Shown here: positions 52,326-64,000 of the stretch, piece after piece | Numbering within the stretch: position 1 is the first letter of the stretch | Layout of the letters: each line of letters opens with the position of its first letter | NCBI GenBank assembly: GCA_013265495.1 | Contig: MU058463.1 | Location: forward strand, 3,517,037 to 3,581,036 | From: Vicugna vicugna | Taxonomy: Eukaryota | DNA: 64,000 nucleotides | Reading direction: 5' to 3' | Translations under genes and position numbers: made by a program | Notes under the pieces: model-generated | The model's input: only the letters and a program-made list of their open reading frames with translations | Database searches by the model: none | Told to the model about the DNA's origin: nothing

Positions 52326-53074
52326 TTAATGTTCTACATCTTAAATTTTGTACTTTACAGTTTATTGTGAAGCAAAGTCTGTCTGCAAATATTTGGGAAC
52401 TTTCCACTGAGTTTGGGTTACAAACTTGCGGTATTCAGGATTTTTATCACATGTTCTGAGTTCTTCACAATCGTAAGTCTGTTATTACAATACTCCAGTT
52501 GTCCTTCAAATCGATGTTATTAGAAGGTAAAAAAAGAACAATTACATGCAAAATACAGAGAGATGATCAAGTTCAGGTTTAACTTCTGGATCTAAAAGTA
52601 TGAATTGTGTATTATAAGAAAAAATGTTGACTCTAATCAGCAAATTTTGATTTCATTGGCATCTCTTTCTAAAAATAAAAGAAATGCAGGATTTTATATT
52701 ATTTCATATTTGTTTTATTAATTGTGCAATGAAAATAACAAACCAGGCAGTATAATCTTTTAAACAGTCTTTTAAATCTTTTAAAACTGAAAGCTTGTAC
52801 ACTTCAAAATTGAGACACCTGGAAACACAAAATGTGAATTTATTAAGTCCCTTTAATTTATTTTTTAAGAGTAATGAAGCTATTAGAACTGTTTCTTGGT
52901 CATTCTGCAACTATTAATTAGCCTCGTATTTGTTGTAGTTAGAAGCATATCACATAGCAAAAGAGGAAATAGCAGATAGCAAAATAAAATTTTTCTGACA
53001 TGTGTAGATATGTTTTTATGTGATTTTCATGCTAAATAAGCTAATGTGTATAAAGTCATATCTCTTTTTTACTT

Positions 53075-54457
53075 TTTCTTAACCTTTGGCCCCCTTCACT
53101 GATTTCTCTCACCCCACATCCCTCCTCCGTTCCCATTTCTGGCAACCACCAATTGTTTGTATCTATGAGCTTGATTTTTTTTTTTTTTGATTCCACATGC
53201 AGCGGAGAGCATATATTCCTTCTTTCTTCCTCTGACTTGCTTCACTTAACATAATGCCCTCAAGGTCTACCCATATTGACCCAGTGGCAGAATTTGCTTG
53301 TTTTTAAGGCTGAATAATATTTCATTTTATATAACTATTTCATTTCTTGGGGTACATACCCAGACGTGGAATTGCTGGATCATATGGTAGTTCTATTTGT
53401 AATTTTTTGAGGAAATCTCCGTACTGTCTCCCATAGTGGCTGCACCAATTTACATTCCCACTAACAGTGCACGAGGGCTCCCTTTTGTAACACATGAGAG
53501 TTTGAAATCAGGGAGTAAGATGCCTCCAGCTTTGCTCTTCCTCAAGATTGCTTTGGCTGTTTAGGGACTTTTGTGGTTCCATACAAATTTGGGGATTGTT
53601 TTATTTCTATCATTGGAACTTTGATAGCGATTGCATTGAATCTATAGATTGTTTGGGGCAGCATTAACATTTTAACAATGCTAATTCTTTCAGTCCATGA
53701 GCACAGAACGTATTTCCATTTATTTGTGTCCTCTTCAGTTTTTTCTTTAATGTCTTATAGTTTCAGTGTATAGGTCTTTCACTTCTTTGGTTAAATTTAT
53801 TCCTAGGTATTTTACTCTTTAATGCAATTGTAAATGGGATCTTTAAAACTTTCTTTCTGACAGTTCATTATTAGTGTATAGAAATGCAAAAGATTTTTAA
53901 GTACTGATTTTGTGTCCTACAACAAATTCACTTACTAGTTCTAACAGTTTTAGATGGAGTCTTTGAGGGTTTTCTATATGTAATATCATGTCATCTGCAA
54001 ACTGTGACAGTGTTTCTTCTTCCTTTCTAATTTTTCCAAGTTGAATGCCTTCTATTTCTTTTTCCTGCCTAATCACCATGACTAGGACTTCCAATACTAT
54101 ATTGAAGAGAAATGGTGAGAGTGGGCATTCTTGTCTTGATCTTAGAAGAAAAGCTTCCAGCTTTTCAGCATTGAGTATAATATTAGCTGTGGACTTTTCA
54201 TATATGGCCCTTATTATGTTGAGATATTGTTCCCTGTATACCTGCTGGTTGAAAGTTTTTTCATAAACAGATGTTGAATTTTGTCAGATGTTTTCTCTGC
54301 ACCTATCGAGGTGATCATATGATTTTTATCCTTCATTTTGTTAATGTGATGTATCACATTGATCTGCAGGTGTTGAACCAGCCCAGCATCACTGACATAA
54401 ATCCCACTTGATCTTGGTGTAAGATACTTTTAATGTATTGTTGAATTCAGTTTGCTA
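53075..54457 (-). mobile_element. L1 fragment (3'UTR plus ORF2, with an internal deletion near 53490)
   Basis: Peptide EVL...[14 protein letters not shown]...[12 protein letters not shown] contains the L1 RT catalytic FADD motif. Confidence 0.9.
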
Positions 54458-57400
54458 ATTTTTTCCCATATGAGAAATAACTGACATACATCACTGAATA
54501 AGCTTAAGGCATAGAGCATGATGGTTTGATTTACATTTATTGTGAAGTGGCTGCCACAATAGGCTCAGCTAGCATCCATCTTATAAGACACAATAAAAAG
54601 AAATGGAAAAAGGGAAAAAAAATTCTCCTTGCAGTAAGGACTCTTAGGATTTACTCTCTTAACGTATATGTCATACATCAGTGTCAGCTATAGTCGTCCT
54701 GATGCACGTTACATCCCTAGTACTTACTGACCTTAGAACCGGCAGTTTGTAACTTTTGACCAGCTTCCTCCAGTTTCCCCTCCCTCCACCCTTCACCTCT
54801 GGTGACCACAAGTCTGATCAATTTTCCTATATGCTTGGTGTTTTGTTTTGTTTTGTTTTTTAATTCCACATACAAGTGAGATCATACAGTATTTACTTTT
54901 CTCTGACTTGTTCAATTTCCATAATGCCTTCAATGAGCTTCATCCATATTGTCACAAATGGTGAGATTTCCTCATTTTTATGGCTGAAAAATATGTATTA
55001 TCATTATTTTATAATACATAAAATATATTTTATTATTATTATATAAACTATTATAACTGTATTATATATTACATACGTACATATATATAAAGTCACAAAC
55101 TGTTTATTCATTCATCCATCGATGGACACTTAGATTGTTTGTATGTCTTGACTTTTGTAACTAATGCTGCTATGAACACAGGGATGCAGGTATCTTTTCA
55201 AGTTACTATTTTTATTTCCTTTAGATATATTCCCACAGGTGGAATTGCTGGATCATATAAGAGTTCTATTTTTAGGTTTTTTTGGAGGATCCTCCAAAGT
55301 CTTTTCCATAGTAGCTATTTCAATTTACAGTTTCACCAACTGTGCACAAGGGTTTCCTTTGCTACATGTTGATGCCAGCATTTGTTGTCCTTTGTCTTCT
55401 TATGACCATCCTAACAGGTGTGAGGTGATCATCTCATTTTTAATTTGCATTTCCCTAGTGATTAGTGGTGTTGAGATTCTTTTCTTGTTGTTTGCAAGTA
55501 TTTTTTCTCATTCTGTAGGTCATTTTTTCCCTTTCTTGATGGCTTCTTTGCTACACAGAAGCTTCTTAGTTTGACGTAGTCCCACTTGTTTATTTTTGAT
55601 ATTGTTGCTTGTGCTTTAGGTGTCCTATTCAAAAAATCATGACCAAGACCCATGTCAAGGAACTTTACTCTTATGTCTTCTTCTGGGAGTTCCATGGTTT
55701 CAGGTGTAACATCGAAGTCTTTAATCTATTTTGAGTTTATTTTTGTGGGTAGTATAAGCTAACGGAGCCAGTTTTACTTTTTTGCATATAAATATCCAAT
55801 TATCCCACTGCCATTTATTGAAGAGATTGCCTTTTCCCCAGTGAGTTTGCTTGGCTCCCTTCTCAAATCTTAGTTGACTATATGCTTGGGCTTATTTCTG
55901 GGCTTTCCATTCATTCCATTGGTCAATTTAGCCATTGTAAGGCCAGTGCCATAATGTGTTGACTCTAACTTTCTAGGATAGCGTGAAATCAGGAAGTGGG
56001 ATGCTTCAGCTTTGTTCCTCTTTCTCAAGGTTTTATTTTGGTTATCGGGGTCTTTTGTGGTTCCATATAAATTTTAGGAATGATTTTTTTTTCTCCTGTA
56101 AAAAAAGTGCTGTTGAAATCTTGATGAATTGCATTGAATCTATAGATGGTTCTGATCATATTGGCACTTTAACAACACCAATTCTTCCAATCCATGAGCA
56201 CGGATACCTTGTATCTTCTTAGACTTCTTTCATTAATGTTCTGTAGTTTTCCGAATAGAGATTTTTCACCTCCTTAGGTAAATTTATTCCTAAGTATTAT
56301 TTTTGATGCTGCTGTAAATGAGATCTATTTCTTTATTTTTTTTTCAGAAAATTTGTTATTTATGTGTAGAGACCCTACTGATTTTTGCATGTTAATTTTA
56401 TATTCTGAAAGTATCCTTTTAGATCTAAAACTGTTTTGGTTGTCTTTAGGCTTTGCTACATATAAAATTACAAGCAAATAGAGATAATTTTACATCTTCC
56501 TTTTCAATTCTCATATCTTTTATTTCTATTCTTGCCCGATTGCCCTAGTTAGGACTTCCAGTATTATGTTGAATAGGTGAGAGTGCGTGCTCTTGTCTTA
56601 CTCCTGATTTTTAGAGAAGCTTTCGGCTTTTCGCCATTGAGTATGTTAGTTACGGGCTTTTTATATATGACCTTTATTACATTGAGATATGTTTCTTCTA
56701 TTCACAATTTGAGTAAATGTTAATTTTTGTCAAATTATTTTTCTGTGTCTATTGAGATGATCATATGATTCTTCCATTCTATTATTGTGTTGTATCACAT
56801 TCATTGATTTGCATATGTTGAATCATCCTTGCATTCCAGGGATAAATCCCACTTGATCGTGTGAATGATCTTTTTACTGCTGCTGAATTTGGTTTGCTAG
56901 TATTTTGTTGAGAATTTTTGTATCTTTATTCATTGTGGATATTGGCCTGTAGTTTTCTTCTCTAATAGTGTCCTTTTCTGATTTTTCAAGATAATGCTGG
57001 CTCCATAAAATAAGTTTGGGAGTGTTCCCCCACTCCTTCAATATTTTGAAAGAGTTTGAAAAGGAGTGCTAATTCTTCTTTAAATGTTTCCCAAAACTCA
57101 TCAGTGAAGCCATTTGATACTAGGCTTTTCTTTGAACCAGTAATCAAAAGTCTCTCAACAATTTCCTTGCTAAGCAATTGGTCTTTATAGATTTTCTATT
57201 TCTTCCTGATTCAGTCTTGGTAAGTTTTAAATTTCTAAGAGTATTTTCATCATTTCTTCTAGGTTGTCCAGTTGGTTGGCATATAGTTGTTAAAAGTAGC
57301 CTCTTAGTGATCCTTTGAATTTCTGTGGTATCAGTTGTAGTTGCCTTTCTCATTCATAATTTTGTTTATTTGGGTTCTTTCTCTTTTTCCCTTGTTTAGT

Positions 57401-60127
57401 CTAAGGGTTTGTCAATTTTCCTTATCTTTTTAAAGAACCAACTCTGAGTTTGGTTAATTTTTTGTGTTGTTTTTCTGTTCTCTAGTTCATTCATTTCTGC
57501 TCTCATCTTTATTGTTTCATTCCTTCTGCCCACTTTGGACTCGGTTCTTGGGACATAGACTTATGTTGTTTATTTGGAAACTTTCTTGTACTTAATGTAA
57601 GCATTATTGCTATGAACTTCCCCCTTAAAATCACTTTTTTTCCTTCCCGTAAGTTCTGGTAAGTTTCCATTATTCTTGTTTCAAGAAACTTTTTGCTTCT
57701 CCTTTCATTTCTTTGACCCATTGGTTGTTCAGGAGAGTGTTTAGTTTCAATGTGTTTATGAATTTCCCAATTTTCTTCTTATTGTTTCCTAGTTTCATTT
57801 CATTGTAGTCAGAGAAGATACTTGGTATGATTTCAATATTTTTGACTTAACACATGTTTTGTGGCCTAATATATGGTCTATCCTAGAATACGTTCCATAT
57901 GGATTTAAGAAAAACATATATTCCACTATTATTGGATACACTGTCTTGCATATGTCTGTTATGTTCATTTGGACTATAGTGTTGTTCAAATATACTTTCC
58001 CTTAATGATTCTCTGTCTGGATGATCTATCCATTGTTGAGAGTGAGATTAAAGTGCCCAAATATTATTGTATTACTGTTTATTTCTCCTTTGAGCTCTAT
58101 TAATTTTTTTCTTTGTATACTTACATGTTCTAGTGTCCAATACATAAATATTTACAACTGTTACATCTTCTTAATGTTATTTGACCCCTTTATTGTTATA
58201 CAGTAACATTCTGTGTCTCTTTTTACCATTTTTAGTTTAATGTCTATTTTAATGTCTGATATAAGTATAGCTATTCTTGAGGGTTTTTTGTTTGTTTTGG
58301 GGGGTTTTTTTGGTTACCATTTGCTTGAAATGTCTTTTTGCATCTCTTTATTCTCAGTCTGTGTGTGTTTAAGGCATCTGTTGTAGACATCATTTTTTTT
58401 TAGTTGAGTATAGTGGATTTACAATATTGTATTAGTTTCAGATGTATAGCAAAGTGATTCAGTTTTATATACATTTTTTCAGATTACTCCATTATAGGTT
58501 ATTACAAGATATTGAATGTAGTTCCCTGTATTATATAGTAAATCCTTGTTTATATACTTTAAGTGTATTGTTTGTATCTGTTAATCTTATACTCCTAATT
58601 TACTCCTACCTTCCTTTCCTTTCCCATTTAGTAGCTGTAAGTTTTCTTTGTAGGTTGCTTTTTCTCCCCTTTGCTGTCTTTAAGATTCTTTCTTTATCAC
58701 TGATTTTTGATAGTTTTATTTTAATGTGTCTTAAAGAGGGTTTTGTAATTTTTTTTTTTGCATTGAGATAATAAAATGTTCTGTTAGCTTCATGTACTTA
58801 TATGTCCGGTTCCTTATCCAGGTTTGGAGCATTCTCAGCTATTCCTTAGGTAAACTCTCTGCCCCATTTTCGTTCTGTTCTCCTGGTGTACCCATCATTC
58901 TTACATTGGCTTTCCTACTGGAGTCTGATAACTCTTCATAGAGTAACTTCCATTTTTTTTCAATCCTAATTTGTTCTCCTCTTCTACCTGAAGTGTTTCT
59001 GTATTTCTTTCAGCTCACTTATTTTCTCTTCTATCTGATCAACTATACTGCTAATAATTTTTAATGCTTTCTTTATCTCATTTATTGAATTCTTCAGCTC
59101 TAGAATTTTTTTTGGTTCTTTTTATACAATTTCAGTCTCTTTGGTAAAGTACTTCTGTTCATTAATTTTATTCTTGAGTTTAGTGAATTCTGACTTTTCC
59201 TGTAGCTTCTTGAATTTCTTCATAATGGCTATTTTAATTTTCTATCAGTAGATTGTAATAGTCAATGTCTTTGAGTTCTTTGGCTGGTGACTTTTCATTT
59301 TCTTCTTGTGATATTGTATTACCCTGATTTTCGTAGTGTTTGATGAAATGTGCCTCTGCTATCACATTTGAAGCAGTGAACACCTTTCTTACTTAGGGAA
59401 GGCTTTGTTGGTTTTGATCCTTAAAGTTCAACAGATTGACAATTAGTAATCTTCTTTTGCTTTCCAGAAGATGACACTATAGAACAAGTTTTTGGTCTGT
59501 GTTACCAGAACTGTCTTGCCGCTACAATTGGGAATGCATGTGTTAGCATAACAAAACAAAACAAAAAAGAACCAAGCTGGCAGCAGAGTTGGGAGGATGC
59601 GTGAGTTTAGCACTTGGGGCTTCGAGTGTTCCCATGGCCTGGCAGGGGGATCCTCCAGTGGGGGAGTTCCAGAGGTTAGTTGGCAGACCTTTTGTTGAAA
59701 TCCTAGGACAGACAGCAGGAAACACGTTCCTTCAGTTCTCTTTGTCTGCCCTCTTCCTTCTCCTTCCCCTCCCCTCAGTCAGGAAGGTTCCTCCTCAGAA
59801 AGAGTAACTGGGTCCCCTTCAGCTGCAGCCTGCATGGCCCAATAGACTTTCACTCATCACTTTCACTTTCCACCTCCTCTGTTAGAGGGGTCATGGCCAC
59901 CACCACTGCCACAGCTGCTACTGCCCTCACCCCAACACTCTTGGCTCCATAGCCTCCTCCAAGGTCCAGGCCACTCATTTCCAGATACATAGGTATATGG
60001 ATCACTCTGGTGTCCTGGTGTGCTGTGTAGAGGAACTTTTTTCAATTGTGGATGGCCGATTTAGTTGTAAATTGACGTGGAGAGAGAAAAACAACTGTTT
60101 CACACCAACATGATGCTGACGTCACCC
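54458..60127 (-). mobile_element. Near full-span decayed L1 (3'UTR, ORF2, part of ORF1, 5'UTR)
   Basis: Endonuclease peptide GTYSRIDHILGHK (57795-57989). ORF1-like region at about 58650-59270 and a GC-richer 5'UTR. The 5' terminus reads GGGTGACGTCAGCATCATGTTGG on the minus strand. Confidence 0.85.
58393..58650 (-). mobile_element. Nested L1 3'UTR fragment
   Basis: T-run, then 'agttgagtatagtggatttacaatattgtattagtttcagatgtatagcaaagtgattcag'. Confidence 0.8.
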
Positions 60128-60134
60128 ATAGTCT

Positions 60135-60978
60135 TTGTTTTGTAAAAGTATATTTTAAGTACATCTACCCAAGCTTTCTTTTGGTTTCCTTTTGCATGAA
60201 ATATCTTTTTCCAGCCCTTCATTTTCAATTTTTGTGCACTGCCACATCAGAAGTGAGTTTCTTGTAGGCAGCATATAAGTCTGTTTTGTTTTGTTTTTAA
60301 CAAAAATCTATTCAGCTACTCTAGGTCTTTTGATTGGAGAATTAGTCTATTTACATTTAAAGTAATATATGCTTATTACCATTCTGTTTGTTGCTTTCTG
60401 GCTGATTTATAGTTATATTTGTTTCTTCTCTTGCTCTTTTGCTTTGTGATCTGATTGTCTTTAGTGGTATGCTTAGATATCTTTCTCTTCATCTTGTGTG
60501 TCTCTACTATAGGTTTTTGCTTTGTGGCTACCATAAGGCTTACGTATGAGAACTTATATTTATAACAGTCTATTTTAAGGTGATAACAACTTAGGTTTGA
60601 ATGCATTCTGAAGTTCTACATTTTTACACCCCACCCCTTATGTTTTATGTTTTCATGTCATATTTTACATCTTTTTATGTTGTGTATCCCTTAACTAATT
60701 ATTATAGTTCTAGTTATTTTTACTACTTCTGTCTTTTAATCTTCATACTACCTTTATAAATGATAAATCCACCACCTTTAAAACACTAGATTACCTGAAA
60801 TTTTACTGCATATTTACCTGTACCAATGAGATTTATACTTCTATATGTTTTCTTGTTACTAATTGGCACCCTTTCTTTTCTGCTTAAGGAAGTCCCTTTA
60901 ATGTTTTTTTAAGGCTGGTTTAGTGGTAATAAACTCCTTTAGCTTCTGCTTGTCTGGAGAACTCTATCTGTTCTTCAA
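60135..60978 (-). mobile_element. L1 inter-ORF and ORF1 3' region; continues at about 63770-63920
   Basis: 'aaggctggtttagtggtaataaactcctttagcttctgcttgtctgg'. The text resumes with 'ttcagcactttaaatacatcattccactcctttctggcctg' after the intervening L1. Confidence 0.75.
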
Positions 60979-61383
60979 TTTTTTTTTATTTAAGTACTAT
61001 TCATTTACAATATTATGTTAGTTTCAGGTGTACAACATAGTGATTCACTATTTTTATAGGTTATACTCCATTTAAAGCAATTATAAAATATTGGCTATGT
61101 TGCCTATGCTGTACAATATATCTGTGTAGCTTATTATATACATAGATGTTTGTGCCTCTTAATTCCCTACTCCTATTTTGTCCCTTCCCCATTTCCTCTT
61201 CCCACTGATAACCACTAGTTTGATCTCTATATCTCAACTGTTCCTGTTTTGTTATATTCATTCAATTTTTAGATTCCACATATAAGTGATGACATACACA
61301 ATTTTTCTTTCTCTGACTTATTTCACTAAGCGTGATCTATGTCTATCTATGTTGTTACAAAGGGCAGAATTTCATTCTTTTTT

Positions 61384-61619
61384 TTTTTTTTACATTTTTA
61401 TTGATTCATAATCTTTTTACAGTGTTCTGTCAAATTCCAGTGTTCATTACAATTTTTCAGTCATACATGGACATATACACACTCATTGTCACATTTTTTN
61501 NNNNNNNNNNNNNNNNNNNNNNNNNNNNNNNNNNNNNNNNNNNNNNNNNNNNNNNNNNNNNNNNNNNNNNNNNCCCCCCCCCCCCCGTAACCACAAGTCT
61601 GTATTCTCTGTCCATGAGT
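61384..61619 (-). mobile_element. Young L1 3' fragment spanning the assembly gap
   Basis: Long T-tail, then 'acatttttattgattcataatc...'. TSD GAATTTCATTCTTTTTT (from 61367) / GAATTTTATTCTTTTTT (from 61620). Confidence 0.8.
61500..61573. other. Assembly gap (74 N)
   Basis: Run of N next to a poly-C tract. Confidence 0.99.
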
Positions 61620-63918
61620 GAATTTTATTCTTTTTTATAGCTGAGTAATATTGCATTATGTGTATGTATATGTGCATATGTATCTATATATATCACATCT
61701 TCTTTGTCCATTCATCTGTTGATGGACCCTTAGGTTGCTTCCATATCTTGGCTATTGTAAATAATGCTTCTGTGAACATTAGAGTGCATGTATCTTTATG
61801 GATTTGTGTTTTAATTTTCTTCAGAGATATATATATATATCTATATCTATATATACACACATATACATATATACATATATATATAACAACCAAGGAGTAG
61901 AATTGATGGATTATATAGTAGTTCTATTTTTGGTGTTTTGAGGAACCTCCATATTGTTGGTGTAGCTGCACCAATTTACATTCCCACAAACAGTATACAA
62001 GGGTTGCATTTTCTCCACATCCTCACCAACATTTTTTGTAGACTTTTTGGTGATAGCCATTCTGAGAGGTGAGATGATATCTTATTGTGGTTTGATTTGC
62101 TTTTCTCTGATTAACAATGTTCAGCAACTTTTTAATCAGTGCCTGTCAGCCATTTGCATGTCTTCCTTGGAAAAATGTCTGTTCAGGTCTTCTTTCCATT
62201 TTTTTAAACTGGGCTGTTTGGTTTTTGTTTTGTTTTGTTTTGATACTGACTTGTATGAGCTGTTTATATATTTTGGATACTAACCCCGTATTTGGCACAT
62301 CATTTGCAAATATTTTTCCCACTGAGTAGGCTGTCTTCATTTTGTTGATAGTTTCCTTCATTTTGCAATCTTTTAAGTTTAATTAGGTCTAATTTGTTTA
62401 TTTTTAATTTTGTTTTGCTTTGGGAGACAAACTCAAAAGTAAGCTGCTTCAATATATGTCTGCCTGTGTTCTCTTCTAGGTGTTTTATGGTTTCAGGTCT
62501 TACATTTAGATATTTAATCTCTTTTGAATTTATTTTTGTATTTGTTGTAAGAAACTGTTCTAATTTTATTCTTACATGTAACTGTCCAGTTTTCCCAGCA
62601 CAACTTTATTGAAGACATTGTCTTTCCTCCATTTTGTAGGCTTGCCTCCTTTGTCATAGATTAATTGACCATAAATGCATGGGTTTATTTTGGGGCTCTC
62701 TATTCTGTTCCATTAATCTATGGTTTGTTTTTGTACCAGTACTGTATTGTTTTGATTACTGTAACTTTATAGTAGAATTTGATGTAGGAAGTGTGATATC
62801 TCCAGGTTTGTTCTTTTTTTGTCTCAAAATTGCTTTGGCTATTCAGGTCTTTTATGGCTCCATATATATCTCAGGATTATTTGTTCTAGTTCTGTGAAAA
62901 ATTTCATGAGTATTTTGATAGGGATTGCATTAAATCTCTAGATTGTCTTATGGACATTTTAATAGTATTAGTTATTACAATCAGTGAATCTGGGATATCT
63001 CTCCATTTATTTGTATCATCTTTAGTTTCCTTCATTGATGTTTTTTAGTTTTCAGGGTATAGGTCTTCACCACCTTGGTTAATTTATTCCTAGGTATTTT
63101 ATTGTATTTGATGCAATTCTTTTTGATGCAAGGGATTGTTTTTCCTGAATTCTCTTTCTGATAGTTAATTTTAGTGTATAGAAAAGCAAAAGATTTCTGT
63201 ATATTAATCTTGTATTCTGCAACTTTACGGAATTCATTTATTAGTTCTTAATTGTTTTTGTTAAAAGACTTCAGGGTTTTCTAGATATAGTATCACGTCA
63301 TCTGTGAAGTTTTACTTTCCCTTTTAATTTGGGTGCCTTTTTTTTTTTTTTGTCTGATTATTGCTGTGGCTAGGACTTTCAATGCTGTGTTAAATAGAAG
63401 TGGCAAGAGTAGTCATCGTTGTCTAGTTCCTGATTTTAGAGGAAAAGCTTTCAGCTTTTTATTGTTGAGTATAATGTTAGTTTTGGTTTTGTCATAAATG
63501 GCCTTTATTATGTTGAGATATATTCCCATTATACCAAATTTGATACGACTTTTTATCATGAATGGATGTTGAATATTATCAAATGCTTTTTCTGTGTTCA
63601 ATGGGATGATCACAGGATTTTTATCCATTCTTTGGTTAATGTGATGTATCACATTGATTAATTTTGTGATTATTGAACCATTCTTGCATCCCTGGAATAA
63701 ATATCACTTGATCATGGTGTATGATCCTTTGTATAAATATTGTTGAGTTCTGTTTGCTAATATTCTTGCTGAGTGGAGTATCCCAAGTTGCAGATTTTCC
63801 CTTTCAGCACTTTAAATACATCATTCCACTCCTTTCTGGCCTGAAAAATTTCTGCAGAAAAATCAGCTGATAGTCTTACGGAGATTCTCTTGTATATGAC
63901 TCATTTTCTCTTGCTGCC

Positions 63919-64000
63919 TTTTTTTTTTTATATAGTTTTATTTTTTTTTATTTTTTTTTTACATTTTTATTGATTCATAATCATTTTACAGTGTTGTGTC
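63919..64000 (-). mobile_element. Young L1 3' end of the same subfamily as 61384-61619 (runs off the window)
   Basis: T-tail, then 'acatttttattgattcataatcattttacagtgttgtgtc'. Confidence 0.8.

Larger units (their letters stand above)
60979..63770 (-). mobile_element. 5'-truncated L1 (3'UTR plus ORF2 3' half) nested in an older L1
   Basis: Peptides IHHIN...[14 protein letters not shown]...[11 protein letters not shown]...[12 protein letters not shown] and KDTCT.MFTEALFTIAKIWKQPK.PSTDEW. Confidence 0.9.

Overview
This is mammalian genomic DNA, not microbial: AT-rich, CpG-depleted and dominated by eutherian interspersed repeats. The youngest L1 3' ends look artiodactyl, probably camelid; that assignment is from recall and was not searched. 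I find no intact protein-coding gene, RNA gene or CRISPR array. The only recognisable peptides in the ORF track are decayed LINE-1 ORF2 fragments. The window reads as intergenic or intronic, with L1 (dense at 10-14.5 kb and 53-64 kb), L2, MIR, L3, MaLR/ERVL LTRs and MER/Tigger DNA transposon relics. The best-supported items of interest are: (1) a young, CpG-rich 595-bp betaretrovirus-like solo LTR with a perfect 6-bp target-site duplication (TSD) at 40066-40660; (2) an old local duplication of mostly unique sequence, part inverted and part direct (17026-17527 vs 21825-22333); (3) two L1 insertions at one target site, leaving three target copies (30429-32171); (4) an unexplained ~195-bp CpG-retaining insert inside an old L1 (24603-24797); (5) candidate enhancer and CTCF motif clusters. 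I cannot support a claim of a new biological system here. Repeat subfamily names are from memory of consensus sequences, and boundaries of old repeats are approximate.
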